Below are positions 59,335-64,000 of a DNA stretch of 64,000 bases, in pieces. Below the pieces are notes generated by a model. It ran no database searches. It was not told where the DNA came from and saw nothing but the letters and a program-made list of their open reading frames with translations. The first letter of the stretch is position 1, and every line of letters begins with the position of its first letter. Both the position numbers and the translations under genes were made by a program. The DNA is from Rikenellaceae bacterium DTU001 (GTDB lineage Bacteria > Bacteroidota > Bacteroidia > Bacteroidales > DTU049): positions 2,314 to 66,313 of the forward strand of contig LFSZ01000043.1 of the NCBI GenBank assembly GCA_001512885.1, in the 5' to 3' direction.

Positions 59335-59409
59335 TGACCCATGGGGGATTCGAACCCCCGATTTCCAGGATGAAAACCTGGCGTCCTAGGCCGACTAGAC
59401 GAATGGGCC
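59335..59409 (-). tRNA. tRNA-Glu (anticodon UUC)
   Basis: The reverse complement GGCCCATTCGTCTAGTCGGCCTAGGACGCCAGGTTTTCATCCTGGAAATCGGGGGTTCGAATCCCCCATGGGTCA folds by hand into a cloverleaf. The acceptor stem is 7 bp, the D stem is GTCT/GGAC, and the anticodon stem CCAGG/CCTGG carries the loop TT-TTC-AT. The T arm is GGGGG-TTCGAAT-CCCCC. No CCA is encoded. Confidence 0.9.
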
Positions 59410-59510
59410 AAAATATTTTTGCAAAGATAATAATTTTTTTAATTTCAAAAAAATTATTATTAAACTTTTATTTTAATAATAATCTATAAAATGTCAAACA
59501 CAAAAAAAGA

Positions 59511-60023
59511 TTACTTGATACCTAATTTATCTTTTACGAAACTCATTATGTCATCACCACTTTCCCAATATAATACGACACCTGTACCTGTATCTAAAAT
59601 GTAAGTATATCCTTTTTCTTTTGCTACTTCCTCTATAGCTTTTTTAGCTTTATCTATGAGCGGATTCAGAAGTTCTTGCTCTTTTGCGACTAATAATTTT
59701 TGAGCTTCTTCTTGAAAATCTTCTATACGAGTCTGTAAATCTAACAGCTCTTTTTGTTTAACTTGTTTAATAGCATCTATAAATTGATTTTCATTAGCTA
59801 GGTAGTCGCTGTATTTAGTTTGAAATTCTTCGACCATTGCTTCAAGTTGTTTTTGTAAGTTTTGTGCGTAAACAGTTAATACTTGTTCTGCGGTATCTCT
59901 ACCAGGCATCAACTGCATTAATTCATTTGTATTAATATGTCCAATTTTTAATTTAGTTTGTTGTCCCATTAATGCAAATGACAAAAATACAGACAAAATA
60001 ATTACTAAGGGAATTTTTTTCAT
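59511..60023 (-). CDS. OmpH/Skp-family periplasmic chaperone
   Basis: Signal peptide plus a coiled-coil-rich 170-aa protein, located downstream of bamA as in other Bacteroidota. Confidence 0.8.
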   Translation of the reverse strand: MKKIPLVIILSVFLSFALMGQQTKLKIGHINTNELMQLMPGRDTAEQVLTVYAQNLQKQLEAMVEEFQTKYSDYLANENQFIDAIKQVKQKELLDLQTRIEDFQEEAQKLLVAKEQELLNPLIDKAKKAIEEVAKEKGYTYILDTGTGVVLYWESGDDIMSFVKDKLGIK

Positions 60024-60100
60024 ATTATTTATTTTTTATATATAATTTGCAAAATTAATAAAATTTATTAAAAAAAAATTAATTTATTAAAACAAAAGTC

Positions 60101-60616
60101 TTATAATCCGAGATTCATCTTAATATCATTAGTAATATCGAGTTTATTATCATAAAACAACAAAGTAGTATTATTAGAAATATCAAAAATAGCACCCATA
60201 CGATTTTTTTTGGCATAATCATTAATAGCTTCATAAAGTTGATTTTGAATAGGTTGCAAAAGGGCTTTTCTTCTTTGAAATAGCTCACCTTCTGGTCCGA
60301 AGTATTTCTTTTGTAATTCTTTTGCAGCTTTTTCAGCTTCTACGATTTCGTTTTCTCTTTTTATTTTTTCATTTTGTGGTAAAAGATATGCTTCAGCTTG
60401 ATATTTTCTATACATTTGATCTATTTCAGCATATTTTTGTTCCAGTTCTTGTTGCCATTGAGCACTCAGATTATCTAACTGATTAATAGCATTTTGGTAT
60501 GCAGGCATTTGTTCTAAAATGTATTGTGTATCTACAAACCCTATTTTAGTTGGGCTCTGTGCTATCAGTCCCACACTAAAAAAAACTAATAAAATTAATG
60601 GAATTAACTTTTTCAT
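60101..60616 (-). CDS. OmpH/Skp-family periplasmic chaperone (second copy)
   Basis: Coiled-coil protein whose signal peptide starts at the internal Met (MKKLIPLILLVFF, ATG at 60616). The longer ORF-track start at 60712 would overlap bamA and adds a non-signal extension. Confidence 0.75.
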   Translation of the reverse strand: MKKLIPLILLVFFSVGLIAQSPTKIGFVDTQYILEQMPAYQNAINQLDNLSAQWQQELEQKYAEIDQMYRKYQAEAYLLPQNEKIKRENEIVEAEKAAKELQKKYFGPEGELFQRRKALLQPIQNQLYEAINDYAKKNRMGAIFDISNNTTLLFYDNKLDITNDIKMNLGL

Positions 60617-60629
60617 AATTATATTTTTT

Positions 60630-63149
60630 TTAATCAATTGACGCATTAATAGAAAAATGGAATTGTCCTTGATATTTTTTATTTGCAAATGTATTATCAA
60701 AAGGTATGCCAAAATCTAGACCAAGTAAACCAAACATAGGCATATAAAGTCTCACACCAATACCAGCAGATTTCAAGGTGTTGAAGGGTTGAAATTCTTT
60801 TATATTTACCCATGCATTACCAGCTTCTACAAAGCCGAGCAAATATATAGTAGCCATCGGATTCATAGACAAAGGATAACGCATTTCTAAAGTATATTTT
60901 GCATAAATAGTGCCACCAATATAATTGCCCTTTGGATCTCTAGGAGTTAAAACTTGATTAGCATAACCTCGCATACCTATTACTTCTCTGCCATCCAGAG
61001 AAAAACCAGATAGTCCATCTCCACCCAAATAAAATCTTTCAAAAGGAGATAACCCAATATCTCTATTGTACATTCCCATCAAACCAAATTTAGCTCTTGC
61101 CATTAATACCCATTTACCATATACATTTGTATAATTTTCTAATTCTATCTTCCACTTGTGATATTCTATCCATCTAAATTTGACAGAATCAGGCAATTCA
61201 CTCCAATTTTTTTTCTTAAAAAATGAATATGGCGGAGTTATATTTAATGATAAATAAATAGAACTACCACTTTTGGGATAAATAGGTGAATCCGTAGAAT
61301 TTCTACTAAAAGATACACCAATATTAAAATTATTAGCAACTCCATTTTGAAATGTGAGAACTTGGTAATATTTATCTAATTTATAATGTTGATAATTCAC
61401 TGTAATAAATAGACGAGAGAAATCGTCAGGTTTTTTTAGTTTTAGACCTAATCCAACGCTAGCACCGGTGATTGAAATTTCTTGTCTTTGTAATAAAGTG
61501 CCTTCGGAATTATAAGTGCCATCCTTTTTTTTGCTAATACCATTAGATTCTAATGAATGATAAATAGAAATAGATAAAGCATTTGGTTTTTTACCCCCTA
61601 ACCATGGCTCCATAAAGCTAAAACTATAAGCTTGATAATATTGTCCATTGGTTTGAGCTCTTATAGCTAAAATTTGCCCATCACCTGACGGTATAGGTCT
61701 CCAAGCATCTTTTTTAAATATATTTTTTAATGAAAAATTATTAAGTACGAGTCCCAATGTACCGACAAATCTGCCAAGTCCCCATCCACCACTAAGTTCT
61801 ATTTGATTAGTTGATATTTCTTCTACTACATATTCTAGATCTACAGTGCCAGCTGATGGATCAGGATTCATATTTACATTTAATTCTTCTTGATTAAAAA
61901 AACGCATCTGTGCTAGTTCCATCTGTGTGCGAATAATATCTGAACGTTTAAAAAGATCTCCAGGTTTGCTACGCACTTCTCTTAAGATCACTCTATCATT
62001 TGTAACTGTATTTCCTATTACTGATACTTTGTTTATAGTAGCTTGCTTACCCTCATATATTTGTATTTCTATATCTATGCTATCATTTTCTATATTTACA
62101 ATTACTGGATTCATTTGAAAAAATAAATAACCATTGTCCATATATAGAGCAGCTACATCCAGCCCGTTAGGATTTGCAAAAAGGTTTGTTTGCAATAATT
62201 TCTCGTTATATGTATCGCCTTTTTTAATTTGTAATATTTGATTTAGTGTCTCAGACGAATATTTTGTATTGCCTACCCAAGTAATATTTCTAAAATAATA
62301 TTTTTTGCCCTCTTCTAGGTAAATATCAATTTTAAGACTTTTATTATTAATGGGGTATATAGAATCTTTTAAAATGATAGCATCTTTGTATCCCAACTCT
62401 GCATATTTATTTATGATATTAGCTTTATCTTTTTCATAATTAGCTAAAATAAATTTAGAAGATTTGAAAATATTAAAAATATTTTTTTCTTTTGTATCTT
62501 TCATAGCCTTTTTTAGTTTTTTATCAGTTAATACTTGATTACCTTCAAAATTTATTTCTTCTATTTTTACTCTTGGACCTTTGTCTATGTTTATATATAG
62601 TGTAGAGCGACCTTTTGCTGATGTGTCTGGTATTTGGTCGATTTTTACTTTTATATTATGAAATCCTTTATCAATGTAATGTTTTTCTATTTTATTTTTT
62701 ACATTTTCTATCAAAAACTCTGTAATAATATCACCAGTTTGGATATTTATTTTTTCTTTTAATGAATTAGCTTCATTTTTTTTAACACCTTCTATTACAA
62801 AACTTGATACTCTATCCTTCTCTTCGATATAAATATCTAAATATATCGTATTGGCAGCACGTGATACCACAGATATTTCAATAGTTTCAAACATTCCTTG
62901 CTTGTATAAATTTTTAATAGCTTTTTGAATATCTTCGCCTGGTATAGTAATTTTTTTGCCTGGAACCAAATCGCTAATCAATATTATCAGATCTTTAGAC
63001 TCTTCATTTTGCAAGCCAGATACTGTAACACCACCAATAATATACTCTTTTGGTAGTCTGTAATCTATATCAATTATTTGCCCTATCGAGCTAAAAGTTA
63101 TTATAAATAACAGTAAAAATAAAGCGAGGGTTTTTTTATACATAAACAA
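60630..63149 (-). CDS. bamA: Outer-membrane protein assembly factor BamA
   Basis: 839 aa with a signal peptide, five POTRA-like repeats (e.g. INFEGNQVLTDKKL, ITWVGNTKYSSETL, VSVIGNTVTNDRVILRE) and a C-terminal beta-barrel ending in F-x-F-type strands. Confidence 0.9.
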   Translation of the reverse strand: MFMYKKTLALFLLLFIITFSSIGQIIDIDYRLPKEYIIGGVTVSGLQNEESKDLIILISDLVPGKKITIPGEDIQKAIKNLYKQGMFETIEISVVSRAANTIYLDIYIEEKDRVSSFVIEGVKKNEANSLKEKINIQTGDIITEFLIENVKNKIEKHYIDKGFHNIKVKIDQIPDTSAKGRSTLYINIDKGPRVKIEEINFEGNQVLTDKKLKKAMKDTKEKNIFNIFKSSKFILANYEKDKANIINKYAELGYKDAIILKDSIYPINNKSLKIDIYLEEGKKYYFRNITWVGNTKYSSETLNQILQIKKGDTYNEKLLQTNLFANPNGLDVAALYMDNGYLFFQMNPVIVNIENDSIDIEIQIYEGKQATINKVSVIGNTVTNDRVILREVRSKPGDLFKRSDIIRTQMELAQMRFFNQEELNVNMNPDPSAGTVDLEYVVEEISTNQIELSGGWGLGRFVGTLGLVLNNFSLKNIFKKDAWRPIPSGDGQILAIRAQTNGQYYQAYSFSFMEPWLGGKKPNALSISIYHSLESNGISKKKDGTYNSEGTLLQRQEISITGASVGLGLKLKKPDDFSRLFITVNYQHYKLDKYYQVLTFQNGVANNFNIGVSFSRNSTDSPIYPKSGSSIYLSLNITPPYSFFKKKNWSELPDSVKFRWIEYHKWKIELENYTNVYGKWVLMARAKFGLMGMYNRDIGLSPFERFYLGGDGLSGFSLDGREVIGMRGYANQVLTPRDPKGNYIGGTIYAKYTLEMRYPLSMNPMATIYLLGFVEAGNAWVNIKEFQPFNTLKSAGIGVRLYMPMFGLLGLDFGIPFDNTFANKKYQGQFHFSINASID

Positions 63150-63250
63150 ATTTTTATGTTAATTTAAAAATAAATCAACTTGCAAAAATATAATATTGTA
63201 TCCATATCATGTAGCTAAAAAAAAATTTTAATATAAAAATCTCATAAAAT

Positions 63251-63967
63251 TCAAATTTTACCATATCTTCTTTTACGATTATAAAAGTCAGCTATAGCTT
63301 CTTCAAATTCACTTTCATCAAAATCGGGCCATAGAGTATCAGTGAAATACAATTCACTATAAGCAGACTGGAAAAGTAAGAAATTAGAAAATCTTTTTTC
63401 TCCAGAAGTACGAATTATCAGATCAGGATCAGGTAATTCAGGTAAATATAGATATTGTCTGAAACTATCAACGTTTATATCATCAATAGTCATCTGATCA
63501 TTAAGAATTTTTTGAGAAATAGCTTTAGTGGCATCTACTATTTCCTGTCGGGAGCCATAGCTCATAGCTATTACAAGTGTAAGGTGATTGTTGTCAGCAG
63601 TTTGACTTTCTAGTAATGATACACCTTCTTGAATATCAGGAGGCAATAGAGACAAAGTCCCCATAAATTTTACTTTTACACCATTGGCAATTAATTCATC
63701 AGAATAGGTATTAATAGCCTTATCAAAAAGTGAAAATAAATACATAACCTCATCTTGTGGTCTACCCCAATTTTCTATAGAAAAAGCAAACAAAGTTAAA
63801 TATTTAATGCCCATCTCACCAGCTTTATTAATTATTTTTTTAGCAGCATCAATACCAGCTTCATGTCCTTTAACTCGAGGCAAACCTCTTATTGATGCCC
63901 ATCTTCCATTACCATCCATGATGATGGCTACATGAAGTGGTAGATTATTAAATAAATTTTGTTTCAT
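63251..63967 (-). CDS. uppS: Undecaprenyl-diphosphate synthase (isoprenyl transferase)
   Basis: HVAIIMDGNGRWA, FAFSIENWGRP, and the RTSGEKRFSNFLLFQSAYSELYF blocks. Confidence 0.95.
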   Translation of the reverse strand: MKQNLFNNLPLHVAIIMDGNGRWASIRGLPRVKGHEAGIDAAKKIINKAGEMGIKYLTLFAFSIENWGRPQDEVMYLFSLFDKAINTYSDELIANGVKVKFMGTLSLLPPDIQEGVSLLESQTADNNHLTLVIAMSYGSRQEIVDATKAISQKILNDQMTIDDINVDSFRQYLYLPELPDPDLIIRTSGEKRFSNFLLFQSAYSELYFTDTLWPDFDESEFEEAIADFYNRKRRYGKI

Positions 63968-64000
63968 AATATATCAGAATCTAATTTTTTCTTTACTTTT

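Noticed and set aside
60617-60712. A 32-codon N-terminal extension of the second OmpH/Skp gene, which would overlap the 3' end of bamA.
   Set aside because: The extension (MAYLLIIHLQIKNIK...) precedes a perfect signal peptide that begins at the internal Met (ATG at 60616). Starting there removes the overlap with bamA.
4379-62118. About 27 short ORFs (61-114 aa) in the track that lie antisense to, or inside, long well-supported genes. Examples are 4379-4588, 5699-5899, 8484-8792, 10159-10404, 10642-10842, 12854-13084, 21352-21591, 29168-29353, 30415-30660, 35139-35459, 40110-40373, 53964-54215, 56841-57185 and 61927-62118.
   Set aside because: Each overlaps a gene with strong family motifs on the other strand or frame. 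Their products are low-complexity and Ile/Leu/Ser/Phe-rich, as expected from reading AT-rich coding DNA in the wrong frame. None shows a recognisable motif or its own promoter box.
1-64000. Alternative genetic code (e.g. TGA read as Trp), considered because of the extreme AT richness.
   Set aside because: All long genes are uninterrupted under the standard bacterial code. Trp positions in conserved motifs are TGG, and TGA serves as a stop (e.g. the ATGA overlaps at 4002-4005 and 5870-5873, and the rubredoxin stop).
1-64000. A search for CRISPR arrays, rRNA genes, transposases or integrases, prophage genes, toxin-antitoxin pairs and known defence-system genes.
   Set aside because: I noticed no regularly spaced repeats and no recombinase, transposase or phage-like products among the ORFs. 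The PIN-PhoH protein is the conserved YlaK-type housekeeping form, not a toxin-antitoxin toxin. My eye-scan for repeats across 64 kb is not exhaustive.

Overview
This is a strongly AT-rich chromosomal segment (judged by eye, not computed) from a Bacteroidota-type bacterium with anaerobe-like gene content. The taxonomic inference rests on several observations:
- uppS-bamA-ompH-ompH synteny and a fused feoA-feoB.
- A T9SS-type C-terminal sorting domain and a DUF5103-like T9SS plug gene.
- lpxH and lpxL-family genes.
- A recurrent TAnnTTTG -7 promoter box about 11-43 nt upstream of many start codons.

I support about 50 protein genes and one tRNA-Glu(UUC). One of the protein genes is a 54-aa rubredoxin missing from the ORF track. 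I found no rRNA, CRISPR array, transposase or integrase.

Most of the window is housekeeping: gyrA, topA, rplU-rpmA, rpsT, trxB, cdd, truA, ackA, lipB, ribF, thiL, a tatD-family gene, lolD plus permeases, htpX, bamA and uppS.

The stand-out region is nt ~3530-11720. It starts with a translationally coupled four-gene block: a NuoE/HydC-like gene, a NuoF/HydB-like gene, a HydA-like gene, and a second [FeFe]-hydrogenase H-domain protein fused to a histidine kinase. This block is followed by a stand-alone receiver, a receiver-histidine-kinase hybrid and the redox repressor Rex. Both H-domain proteins keep the H-cluster cysteine ligands but lack the proton-relay cysteine. The NuoF-like subunit has eroded flavin/NADH motifs. 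I read this as a candidate H2/redox-sensing phosphorelay built on a modified bifurcating-hydrogenase scaffold. A Rex-like palindrome overlaps its -7 promoter box.

Secondary observations:
- Several enzymes have eroded active sites: the RibF kinase half, an arginase-fold protein, and a TlpA paralog with CGPC changed to SLSS.
- A large GH18-CUB-lectin-CTD secreted protein.
- Four histidine kinases but no DNA-binding response regulator.
- A few small repeats and hairpins.

All family assignments come from motif reading and memory. No searches were run.
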